From assembly GCF_964204645.1 (NCBI RefSeq), contig NC_134030.1:21412210-21476209 (forward strand): a stretch of 64,000 nucleotides of DNA. Reading direction: 5' to 3'. The position numbers and the translations under genes are program-made. Shown in pieces: positions 23,245-34,944 of this stretch. This stretch comes from Tubulanus polymorphus (Eukaryota > Animalia > Nemertea). Below the pieces are notes generated by a model. It was not told the DNA's origin and made no database searches. It saw only the letters and a program-made list of their open reading frames with translations. Each line of letters opens with the position of its first letter. Position 1 is the stretch's first letter.

Positions 23245-26061
23245 ATGACCAGGTAAGCCTCATGGCTTTTAACGGTATTAGGAATTCAAATTTCCGCAGT
23301 AAACGGCTTAAACATGTGAAATAAATACAATTCAATAAGCTTTTATTCTAATCTGACGTGATAAGATTCGATAAAAATATTTTGAGCAATTGATTGATAT
23401 TTTTGTGTATTACTGGGTCCTGGATGAGGAAATGGACAGTGCAGCTACGCAGGGAAACGGTTGTCGCTGTCGCTTTGCAGCTATATTTGATTTGACGATT
23501 TTGTTTTCTCGTTTGCTCTCAGGGGACGTATAGAGTTAGGTGACGTGACGCCTCACAATATTAAACAATTAAAACGTTTGAATCAAGTTGTTTTTCCCGT
23601 GTCTTACAACGAGAAATTCTACAAAGACGTTCTTGAAGTCGGTGAACTAGCGAAATTAGGTAGGTTGGAATTTCTTGGGGTGGCTCCGTGAGAAGCAGCA
23701 AAATCATAACCGAACTAGGTACATCCTTTCTCTTAATAGCATTCTGAGTCATCTTTCAATCAGTGGGTGGCTCCAAGAATATAGTATATTATACAAAACA
23801 ATGGATGCATTTTGTTGCCATTTCCCTCTAGTCACTGGAGGGTGTCTCCAAAAATCAAAACAAAGTATTTCATGCTCTCACTGTTGGCTACTCAGAGCCC
23901 TAGTGGGTGGCTCCGAGAGTATAAAAAATGAAAGTATTCAGAGACGATATCACTAGCGGGTGGCTCCATGAATGTACGAATTGAAGCACCCGGAGCTCTA
24001 GTAGATGGCTCCGAGAATATACGAATGAAAGTGTTCAGAGACAATATCACTAGTGGGTGGCTCCATGAATATACGAATTGAAGCACTCGGAGCTCTAGTG
24101 GGTAGCTCCGAGAATAAACGAATCAAAGCCATCTCGAATTAGTGTTTGGCTCCAGTGATGTTACAAATGAAACCCTGTGTTTCTAACTGGTTGGTGGTGT
24201 GGCGTGAACTCGGTTTGATGTTTACATGTTGTTGATATATTTGCAGCATATTTCAATGATATTGTTGTCGGTGCTGTTTGTTGCCGCGTCGATACAGCTG
24301 ACAATCAGAGACGCCTCTACATAATGACGTTAGGATGTCTGGCGCCTTATAGGAGATATGGTATAGGTAGGTTTCAATTTGTAGTAGATGTCCTACTGCA
24401 CACTAGTGACACCTGGTGGATGTTCACTTGCCACAAGTGGAATCCTCTATTACTGCAGTAGTTGATGTCCTACTGCACACTAGTGACACCTGGTGGATCG
24501 TCACAATGTTTTGCTAATTTTGTGTGCATAATTCATGTTATACAGGAGTGATTATTTTTCTATGAATAGATTGATTTATGTAGCTCATCAATTGATTTCA
24601 TGTCTTCAAAATTCAAGGATTTTGGGGCTGCTTTTTTCCATATTGCGGGATTCTGACGGGTGTAAATTTTTCGCTGAAATTTGGTGTTCCTCGTCGAGTT
24701 TATTAGATTGAAAATAATAGAGTTTTCTATGATTTTGAATGTGCTCATTGTGGATATTTCTGATCGGCATCTTCCGATGTTTAAGCATGAGTCCGAAATG
24801 TATTTTTTGAGGATATTCGATTCAGAAAAAAAAGTCCTGCTTTCTTTGTATAGGTTGGATTTCTTGTGGAGACTTAAAAGTCCCAGTTTAGTGGAATATT
24901 TTTCCATGGAGATACTTCCCATATTCTAAAGACCAGTTTGATTTGTTTCAGGTACAGAAATGTTGATACATGTTTTGAACATCTGCGAAAAAGATGGAAA
25001 TTATGACAACGTTTTCTTGTAAGTTTCAAATGATCTTTATTAACTCAACCCCCAACCTGCTATCGCGTTCATTTTACGTCCATCCATCTGTAGACGGAAT
25101 CTAGTTAGTTTGGGATGTTTTGAAGATACTTCAATGGATTGTCTGGATGATTGGTTTAATACTAGTATCCGGCGTAGATATGTCTGCGGCACAAAAACTG
25201 GCCCGATCAGAATCAAGATGGCCGACAGGCGCATTCACTTAATATGTCCAACTTTCTGTAGACAGTTTGTTCGGGAAGTTGAAGATGCTTCAATGGATTT
25301 TTAAAAATTTGTTTCATACATGTATCCAGGGAAAATATGTCTGCAGCACAAAAACTGGCCCGATCAGAATCAAGATGGCCGACTGGCAGCTATTGTTTAA
25401 TTCTGAAATCAGCTAATTTCGCAAATTTTTGAAGTAACAAACTAAACAGTTCTGAATGAATCCAAAATCCATGGGGCCGGTTTTATCGACTGGTATTGAC
25501 TTTAACCCGGGGGCTAACTCGATTCATTTTTAGTTCCAGTCAACCCCCGGGTTAAAGTTAATACCAGTCGATAAAACCGGCCCCGGAATATCAAAAACAC
25601 AATCTATCTTCTAGAATCTATATACTCATTTCCGAGTCGTTTCTTTCGATTCTTCTTTTTCGTGATTTCAAAAAAAAAAATTGCGACATTTTTTTTTATT
25701 ATCAACCTCCGATTTACTGCCATACTCTCTATACCACCAAAATCATTCTGCACCGATGTGGGCGGTATATCGAGGGTTGACTGTACTCATTTCCGAGTTG
25801 TTTCTTCGATATTCTCATTTTTCGTGATTTAGAAAAAAGTTTTTCTCATTTTTTTTTTCTTCTCGCAGACACGTTCAAATCAACAACGACGGCGCGATCG
25901 CGTTCTACGAGAAATTCGGCTTCGAGATCGTCGAGAAAAAAGACAATTACTACAAGAAAATCGAGCCGGCCGACGCATACGTGCTGCAGAAAACCTTCCG
26001 CAAGAAACCGACGTCTGCTAACAACGACGACGACGATCAGCAGATGATCAAAACTCATTGA
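23245..26061 (+). CDS. NAA50: N-alpha-acetyltransferase 50 (NatE catalytic subunit/San), 174 aa; exons 23245-23252, 23523-23659, 24247-24366, 24952-25018, 25869-26061
   Basis: Spliced translation MTRGRIELGDVTPHNIKQLKRLNQVVFPVSYNEKFYKDVLEVGELAKLAYFNDIVVGAVCCRVD..RLYIMTLGCLAPYRRYGIG..FLHVQINNDGAIAFYEKFGF..YYKKIEPADAYVLQK. All introns are GT-AG and the phases are consistent. Confidence 0.97.
23690..24160. repeat. Degenerate ~45-50-bp intronic minisatellite (tagtgggtggctccgagaatatacgaa)
   Basis: The gtggctcc motif repeats within NAA50 intron 2. Confidence 0.75.
25474..25584. mobile_element. Palindromic Harbinger-like MITE (related copy ~28400-28503)
   Basis: ggggccggttttatcgactggtatt / aataccagtcgataaaaccggcccc. 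Confidence 0.75.
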
Positions 26062-26253
26062 GTTCGCGACGAAACTCGTAGACTTTTTACACGCGTCTGC
26101 TAACAACGATGACGATCAGCAGGCGATCAAAACTCATTGAGTTCGCGGCGAAACTCGTAGACTTTTTATACGCGTCTGCTAACAATGATGACGATCAGCA
26201 GACGATCAAAACTCATTGAGTTCGCGGCTAAACTCGTAGACTTTTTACATGCG
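26012..26253 (+). repeat. ~80-bp tandem triplication spanning the NAA50 stop codon
   Basis: cgtctgctaacaa..gatcagcag..gatcaaaactcattgagttcgcg..aaactcgtagacttttta occurs 3 times. Confidence 0.9.
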
Positions 26254-26616
26254 TTCGCGCTCGATGAGTTAACGACGTTTTCCGCGGCCGACGAGTGATT
26301 TATTAAACGTCGGATTCGATCGCGAAGAATAAATAACCGCGATCTCGGAAGTCAAACTGATTCGGTCAATTCGAGCTGAAGTCGTCATTCGGATAAGTCG
26401 TCATATTAATAAGTCATCTCTATTTTGAGTCCCATTCGTAATTCGTAATCCATCTCGCTGTAAAGTTGTCACAGTGATTTTGAAGTCATCTTTTGAGTCC
26501 CAATTTGTATTTCTAATTCTATTCACTATCTTGTAAGTCGTCATTATTGATGAGTCATTACATTACTGAAGTCATTCGTGTTTTTTCAGCCCAGGGCCCG
26601 GTCAGCCGTCACTTAA

Positions 26617-26897
26617 CCCTTTCAGTGCGTCTACACCGCAGTGCAGTGTATAAATCGGTGATGGATTTTGCTAGTACACCGCACTGCGGTGTATTGATTA
26701 AATTTGTAATTATCTCTCTTGAAAGATGGCAGCACCTGTCAAACATAGCGACATATTAGTAACTAATGATACATCGCGCTGCGGTGTAGACACACTATAG
26801 TGGTATTCCCGTTATTCAACACACTAGGGCGGAATTTTCACATTTTCTCAAGCACTATAGGGTTGAATAGGGCTATAATTAGTCAGCACGGAAAGGG
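26617..26897. mobile_element. piggyBac-type MITE, TTAA TSD (related copy ~48830-49146)
   Basis: TTAA|CCCTTTCAGTGC ... GCACGGAAAGGG|TTAA. Confidence 0.85.
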
Positions 26898-29017
26898 TTA
26901 AAATGGTCTTAAATCATAAGACGGGGGTCTGTTGCTTAAAAGTCGGTTACTGTTAACCAGTGGATAAGTTGACATAATGACTATTGAAATTTCATCGTTA
27001 AAACAGTATTTATACCACGCTTATCTTTAACCAAATTTTGAGCAACTGACCCGGCCCTGGTCTTAAGTTGTTAGATTGAATAGAACCGCTATGTTCTTAG
27101 ACTAGTGTTAAATCTTAGTAGCCACGACTATGCAGCTGATCCGTGATTTGTATTTCGAATTCAATTCTTGTGTGTGTTTATTCATCATTTGGATCTGTAA
27201 GGATCAGTGATTTAGGATTTTGCTGGTATGGAGAGTACGACCACGGTGTATATATCAGGGGTTCATTTAGACTGATTCCAAGACAGGAAAAAAACCTGGG
27301 GCCATTTGCTGAAAAGTTGGTTACAGTTAACCAGTGGATAGTTGACTTAGTGACAATTAAAACTTCATTGTTACTTCGGTATTTATCCACCGGTTATCTT
27401 TAACCAATTTTTGAGCAGCTGTAGCCATGGATCCAGTTCCACAGTTGTAAGTTAAAGTTAACTCTGAGTTAAAGTTAGTTCATTTTCAATGCTTTAACCC
27501 AGAGTCAAATCTTAACTCAGAACTGTGGAACAGGACCCTGGTATTAGGTTTATCAAGGGTTGAATGTATCAGTTTCACATTTTAGGCTAAACTAAAATGT
27601 TACCTTGTTTCTCCGCAGCGGCCGGTTAATTTTTTGTAAAATATGATAGAATTTGTAAACAGTTCATTTCTATAGCGGCCGGGTCTGTTATGGTAAAATT
27701 GATCACGATTTTCAAAAATGTAATGTATAGGGTAGATAGGCGGCCGGCCGGGTCAACATTTAAGCTCAGCAGAGCGGAGAAACAAGGTATCAATTTTTTT
27801 AAACCGTAATTGCGGCTTTTTTTCTTCCGAGTTAAGAGAAAATCTGACTCTGATCTTTCAAAGTGATAGATATATTATTTGGACTGCTTTCGGGCTTTGT
27901 AATATGTGTTAAAAATTCAGAAATATCTGGATTCATTTTTAAGCGGTTTGTGCTCTACGGGGATTTTGAAAGTTGAAGGGCCCAGTTCCGCAGTTAAGGG
28001 TCTACTCTGAATAATCTGAACTGAAAAGTCGAATTTTTGCCGATAACTGTGGAACTGGGTCCTAAACTCAAAACTGTGAATGCATTTGTAGCACGCTGAG
28101 AAATACCGAAAGTTATTTATTTGTGAAAATCTATTCGAATAAATGATTTACGTAAAAAAGCTTTTTTACCCGTAGATTTTTGAATGTAACTTTGAACTAG
28201 TGGGAAAGGACGCTGGTCACTCACTGGTCGAACTATATGGGCTGTGAAATAATAAATAAACATGTTTGTATAGCATAAAATAAATCTGGTTGATTTTCAT
28301 TTTTATGGTACCGGTATTCTGATAAGAAAAGGACCAGAACATTTTGACCCCTATCCAGACGTTTACCTTAGTTTTTTAGAAATAAATCGTCCATCGCCCA
28401 GTTTTATAGACAGACATAAACTTTAACCTAGGGGGTTAGCTCGTTTGAAAATGAATTGAGTTAGTCCCCGGGTTCAAGATAATACCAGTCTATAAAACTA
28501 GGCCGTGGATTTTAAGAAAATTGTTTCATTTTTTAAAAGTTGGGGTTCACTTTACAAGAGGAGTCGTCTAAATTTCGACCATAATACAACCAATCTCCAA
28601 CCAACAATAAGCAAGCTTATTACTGTAATTTCATTGGAAAAAAACAAACAACTTGCGCATTACTACAAAATTCAAAAGAAACTGCAAAGTTCGTTACGTC
28701 AGTATGTTTTGAATGAGAGTCATGTGTGAGACCAGCAGTTTGAACAGAATCATCGTTGTACTGAAGAGGGCATCCTGTTCCAGTTGCACGGTCATTGTAG
28801 CAATCGAGGATTCCACGTATGGCAGGCGAGGATCCGCCATATTCGCTAGTAGATAGTTGGTCTTCCCGTTCGATTTCTACTACATTTCAATTAAGGCATT
28901 GAATTAACTGTTTGAAAAATTCGAAATTTTTACCGTTTAAGTCTTGATTTCATTTCATTTTTACGTTACATTATAAATTTTGTTTGACATTTACAAATTT
29001 TTCAAGCGAGATGTACA

Positions 29018-29651
29018 TTGTATCATTGTTGGTGGATAATTATTTTGAAATACATGCTCAAAATTTCCCCATTTTCCAAATTAAAGTCTTCGGCAGAGTA
29101 TTCGATCGCTGGCCCCCGTGATCACAGTGTCTACATACAGTCAGGACGAGACATTCATGTTTTGCATTTACAAGAAAACCCTAAAAACAGTTTGATTGAT
29201 AGAAACAGAGTGAAGAAATATCAGCTGCTGGATGCAGAATACTTCATCAACTGTTTAGATGTCGACTCGAAGGGACGGATGTTTGATTATTGTTTGCGTA
29301 CATGTATTTACATCTGATGCGAAACTGATTAGTTCTATCAATATCAAGGATTGTGGACTAACAATCGAGCCAGGTTGGGGACGCCCGTGTGTTATAAGCG
29401 ATAAACGCGTGCTGCTTTCGGTAAATCCTCGTTATTCCGGTTGCAGTGGAGCTGTGATTAGTTTCAGATATGATGATCAGGGGTTCATAGATCGCCCGCG
29501 TATAGTACTGAACTCTACAGACAGTAGGACGCGTCAGATACATCAAGTGTGTGACAGCAACACTGTAGTTATCCAACACATTGATAACAGTAATGAACCG
29601 CACTCATTAAGAGTTTATAAAATAAACACTGGACCGGCTCTTACAAAATAA
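29018..29651 (+). pseudogene. Frameshifted beta-propeller-like (NHL/TolB-type, TRIM-NHL C-terminus-like) coding fragment
   Basis: Two overlapping ORFs join near 29295: ..CLDVDSKGRMF.. / ..VHVFTSDAKLISSI..DKRVLLS..VISFRYDDQG..LRVYKI, which are strand-turn patterns typical of propeller blades. Confidence 0.4.
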
Positions 29652-31119
29652 AAACAAGTTTTGCCCTCGTTTTATAATCAATTACGATATAGTTGGATTA
29701 AGGATTAAATTTTCTAAGTAATAGAAATATATAGCAGAAGTATTGTAATTCTCGTGATTATTCCTTTTTCCACTTTCCAGACAGATCGTTTTCATAAAAT
29801 ATATCTCTCTCAGATTCGACTACTAACTAGCAGCTTATAAACGTAATTTTCAATTCAGAGAGAAATATAACTCAGCGTCTGATCATTTCGAATTTGCGTA
29901 TAGTAATTGATTATGAGTAAATATCGCGTCAAAGAATTTTACCAAGTCAGAGGAGCGAACAAGAATGTACGTAGGCGTGAACCTAATATCTAAGCTACGT
30001 TGAATTCTAATTTAAAATAGCTCTACGAACCGTCAGGTGAATAGACCCGGTAGCGCTGCGGTTAACGTGATGGACTGTCATTTCAGTGGTGTGCGTGTTC
30101 GAGACTGGTTTCCGCTCGCATTTCAACATTTTTCTTTTCTAACGTTCTAACGGGTTTCTATTTGATTTGTATAGGTTTATGGACATTTTATATAGTTTTC
30201 GATAGTGTTGGTCGTACGGTCATTTTGAAATATGGATTTTCTTATAGCCATGATTTTTATTGTAAGATGGTAATTAATTCTCGACATGGTAGATATCGTC
30301 ACAACGTTTTATTCACCAAACAGCGCCCAGCCGCACAATATCATACACTGTTTTTGCTCAATCGAATGTGTCTGTTTGTCTTTCAGCTTCGTTAATGGTT
30401 TCGTAATCCGTAAACGCATTATAACTTCGGCCAGTTATCGCTGGTCGGTCTACAAATCTTCACACTTATTGACAATTTGTGACCAAAAGTGGATTTAAGC
30501 TTGATCGTACAATGTCAACCAGGTTCTGCAAATACTAGTGCAGAGAACACAAATTGTGTTTCATTCTTATAACGAAGTGAATGCTCAGTTTATTCGGCTG
30601 CACAAACTTCCACTAGACTAGATTTGTGGTCCATCATTGTTTTTTAGTATGGATTTAGAAGTCCTTAAAATCTAGTATCAACAGCGGCCCAGGACCAGAG
30701 TAAATTTGATTTTTAATAATAATGATGATAGTGCTTTATCGACGATTTACAACTTACATGTATGTATTGAAATATTTCAATAAAACATTTTATGTCTTTT
30801 ATCTAATCAACAGTGATATATTCTTATTTCTGTTATTTTGTTCAGCACGTCAACTAATCAGATTAAGATTGAGTTCTTAATAGCACAAATCAAGATCTTT
30901 AGTGATGTGATCTATCAAAATGCTTCACGAATGCATGTTGAAATCAATTAACATTTATTGAGTGCACGTGGTTAGTTCAGTTTCAGCTGGATCACATCAA
31001 AAACGTGGTATAAGTACATATAAGTGCCATATGCCAACGATAACCACACTCAAACGTGGTGAACGGATTATAAGATAGAAACCCACTATCTACAAATTAA
31101 AAGAACTTTAAATCAAGAA

Positions 31120-31226
31120 ATTTATTTATTCGAACAATCTAGAAAATATAAAATACACTACGTTTCGATCTCACCCTAGAGATCTGACACATGACGATGA
31201 TCTCCAGGGTGAGATCGAAACGTCGG
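31120..31226. mobile_element. Penelope-like element relic with an inverted pair of hammerhead-like motifs
   Basis: aTGACGAtGATCTCcagggtGAGATCGAAAcgtc (31191-31224, +) and an inverted partial copy at 31160-31184 followed by AATAAA on the minus strand. Confidence 0.6.
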
Positions 31227-31854
31227 GTACGATTAGTTCATGCAAATCCTAACGGAACTATGAAAGCACCAAACAAGGTACATCAGTACTTTTTACGTGG
31301 TAGCCCTGTGGATCCATATATCCATCCAGGATATGTGTCACGCTCCTTCAATATAGTCGCATGTTATAAACTGATAAGAATTATTTGGTGACATCTTTGT
31401 ACGCTTCCCAGTCCGACATTTAAACCAGCAAGGCAGAGAACACCGTTGTCGCTGCTTTGCAGCAAAAATTGTACTATTCTTTTTTTATGAATTCTGATAT
31501 GGCATGGCTTGAATCAACATTTCATCAGAAAATCGACAACCAGCTAAATAAAAAGCCAAAAAACGGATATCCAGTTCTGAAACTGTACCTTTAGCAAATA
31601 AACATGCTTTCGTTCTCCTGACAGCGACGATGACAACTGTGTCTACAAACGTTCTTATATTAACTAGGCCTATCATCGGGTATTTTTGCGAAAGTATTCA
31701 TTATTTCCAACTCTTAGGACTGAAGTTTGAGTATTAGAATACTGAATCACCTAATCAAAAAAGAGAACTAAGTGAGTTGCTTTCCTATGGGTAGAATTTC
31801 CGAATGATTTTCAGTATTAATTATTTTCGCTCTCCATTTTAATTCTATGAAGAT

Positions 31855-34378
31855 ATGAAGACTGGTTTGTTCCTACTTTTAGCTGCTCTCGTTGCTGGTG
31901 GTAAGTACATGTATAAAGCATTAGATGATACTTTTAGCTCTACTTTTCATTTTCGTCATTTTCGCTAGGTGCTCGATAAATCACGTTCACATTGAAATGT
32001 TCCAAGGCCGTTTGGATTGTATGCATGGAAGTTGTTTAATTGTGGTGTTAAATGTCACTTCTACAATTCAAATCCCGGTCCTATACGTACGGGTCACTCG
32101 TAAAAAAATAGATTCATCGATCTATTTCACTATTTTGTTCCTTTCGAATGAGCAAATTAAGGAGTACAAACGATAGCGAATATGTGATAAATCAGATTGA
32201 AAGATGGGGACAATGAATGTGTGAAATTAATCAAATGAGGTGAAATTATCATTATCATTACTATGTTATTATCATTATCATTACCAAGAGCATTAAAATG
32301 GATTTGTCAAAACTGAATTGATACAACCTTAGGTAAATGAACTAATCTTCGAAAGTGGAAGAGTTAGGTAGTCCTTGGAGTATTCAATGATTACGCCAAG
32401 GGTACTCTATGGCTCTAAATGCCTTAGTTAGAATACCGCCTTCATTCTTCATATTTCCGCAAGTATTACTCGCAATTTATTGTGTACATTTTACACATTT
32501 TGAAAGAAACATTTTTAGTACGAATATTCAACGAGGTGGTTTGCATACGCAACTTATTCAAGAAAAATGTCTAGTCCGAGTAACAAACCTTTGATTTAGT
32601 ATGAACATCTTTTATTTAACGACTTTTTTTCAGTTTCTGCAGATTGTGATCATGGTAGACGTGTTGGTAATCATTGTTACGGACTTGTATACAGACATAT
32701 AGCTATGCGCGGTTGGCAAACCGCACATTGTGGTTGGTTCCATGACAAAACAAGACTCGCCACCATTGAAAATGATGCTGAGAATCAAGCCGTAAAAGGT
32801 AAACTTATAATCCTAATTTTTTATATTTTAGAAGGAACAAGTCTTGATTTCTGGCCCACCCGTTAGCTGGAAACTATTACATCTCCAATATTTTTCAAAA
32901 AGGGATCCAATTTTAATCAAAAGGGCAATATCCACAATTTTTCAAATATTGTCATTTAACAGCTATATCATCATCCCTATAATATGAACATTAGACTTGT
33001 TTTATAGAGCTTAAAAGAATGCAGTCTCGCTCTATAGAGTATATACTAAATTGTGAACATAATTGAGTTATAGTTGTAAAATATCGTAATTTATTAAATA
33101 AAAAAAGATATATTTATCTTGTCAAAAGCGCTTCTATGGCCCAGAAGGGAGGTCCTTCGCAATTTTAGTATCTGCGGTATAATGTGAGACATGAAATACG
33201 TGTAACAGCCAAGCACTGTGTACGACGGGTATTATGACGTCAGAGGTTCAAATTCTGCGTGTGGAGAATATATTCATTTCCCTTTGCAACTATTACTATT
33301 TACTCCTAATTGTTCGGTAACCCGTTTTACCTCTATGGACACAGGAGGTCCTGTAGTACATAGTTAAATACTGTTTGAATTCCTTGCACTTCAAAAACGA
33401 AAGTCGAGATTGTGAAAGTGAACTCAAAAAGGATCGATGCATAACCGGGGGCGGGGCTAGGGGATGTCAGGGTGTCTGGACCCCCCTCAAATTTGAAGTG
33501 CCATCAAAAATGTCACCCCAAATTTTTTGGGACCAAGATTTTCCACCTATAATAATTCTTTAATTCTTTCAACGCATGAAATGACCGAAAGCACCCCCTA
33601 AAATGGTTTAGACGTATCCGGAGTACGTGGTTCTTCGTAAAACGTGCCATTTTTTTCAAAATTGAACACTGGCATCAGACTCAATTAAACCACACCTTTA
33701 GAACTCGGATGAGTCGAATTCAGTCCTGGTAAGGTGAGGGTTGGAGCCAAGAGTGATTTCAAGTCGCGCAGACGTGAGGAACTTCAGAGTCTGCGTATAA
33801 TAACGCTTTCCAGATTGATGTAAAACCACATTAGAAAATGGTTTTTGGGTAGACTTACAACCGTGTATCTTCACTGGTTACCTGAGACAAGGAGGAACAC
33901 TTAGACTAATATGAAAATTATTTATGTTCAATAGCTATTTTGAATGCGAACGGGGTTGAGACTGGTCAATTGGCATATAGACGATATCAGACAGCCACTA
34001 ACTTTATGGTAAGTATTTACACATATCTATTTAGACGAGAAGATACACAATAACCGTGTATGATGATGACGAGAGAAATCCCACAATTACGAAGCCAAAA
34101 ACTGATAAGATTCTATATCAGAATGATTGTATTTGAGGAGCGACGTTTCGGCTAACAACTGTTAGCCATCATCAGGCGTATTGAAATTACGAACATATCT
34201 ATGGAAGGTACTTTCTTATAATATTTGTAATCTATAGATGTTAATTCTATCTTTGCAGAAAAACAAAATGACAACGCGCGACGATGGCGGCGGTTGTGTC
34301 GGTATAAATAACGACGGTAGTTGGAGGTATGTTCGTTGCGTTAACGCACTTTCTTTAGTCTGTATGTACGACCTTTAA
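31855..34378 (+). CDS. Secreted single-domain C-type lectin-like protein, 134 aa; exons 31855-31900, 32634-32798, 33935-34008, 34259-34378
   Basis: Signal peptide MKTGLFLLLAALVAGVSA, then C..GNHCY..AHC..RLATIENDAENQAV..GGCVGINNDGSWRYVRC..LVC. Introns are GT-AG with consistent phases, and AATAAA lies at ~34401. Confidence 0.85.
34140..34177 (-). ncRNA. Minimal (Penelope-type) hammerhead ribozyme motif, antisense in lectin intron 3
   Basis: The minus strand reads gcCUGAUGAuGGCUAACaguuGUUAGCCGAAAcGUC^gc: an intact core and a 7-bp stem II, but only a 2-bp stem I. Confidence 0.6.
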
Positions 34379-34944
34379 AAGATATGATGGTGATACATAG
34401 AATAAATGGCATTCAAATGTTTAATGGATTTTTGTCTGTAGTTATTTCAATAAAGAAGTTTCCAGTTTCTAGGCGCCATTTTGTGGCAGTCCCTGGAGGT
34501 CCCCATTGTTGCGATAATTTGCGCTCATTTTTAAAACATACGTTTTGATCGAATATCATATACTGTGCCGTCCAGGATCTGGGATTTTCCATGGAGGGGG
34601 GTGTCCAATGAGAAATAAGGGCACTTTCTACGAAACACCACGTACTCTGGATACTTCTACACCATTTTAGGGGGTTCTTTCGGTCATTTCATGCGTTGAA
34701 AAAATTATTAAAGATGGAAAACCTTGGTCCAAAAAATTTAGGAGTTATATTTTCGAGGGCAATTCAAATTTGAGGGGGGGTCTGGACACCCTGAAATTCC
34801 CCGGAGATCCGCCCCTGCAGTCCCTTGCTCGACGAACTTGACCATTTTAAAGGAAATGAAATGTAGATATTTGCCGGTGAGCCTGAGCAGTGACGATTTT
34901 GAAACCAGGGGCCGCATATCAGTAAGGTTTACTGGTCAAAACTA

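Noticed and set aside
24560-24929. 120-aa and 82-aa ORFs in NAA50 intron 3
   Set aside because: They are AT-rich intronic sequence with no recognisable motifs.
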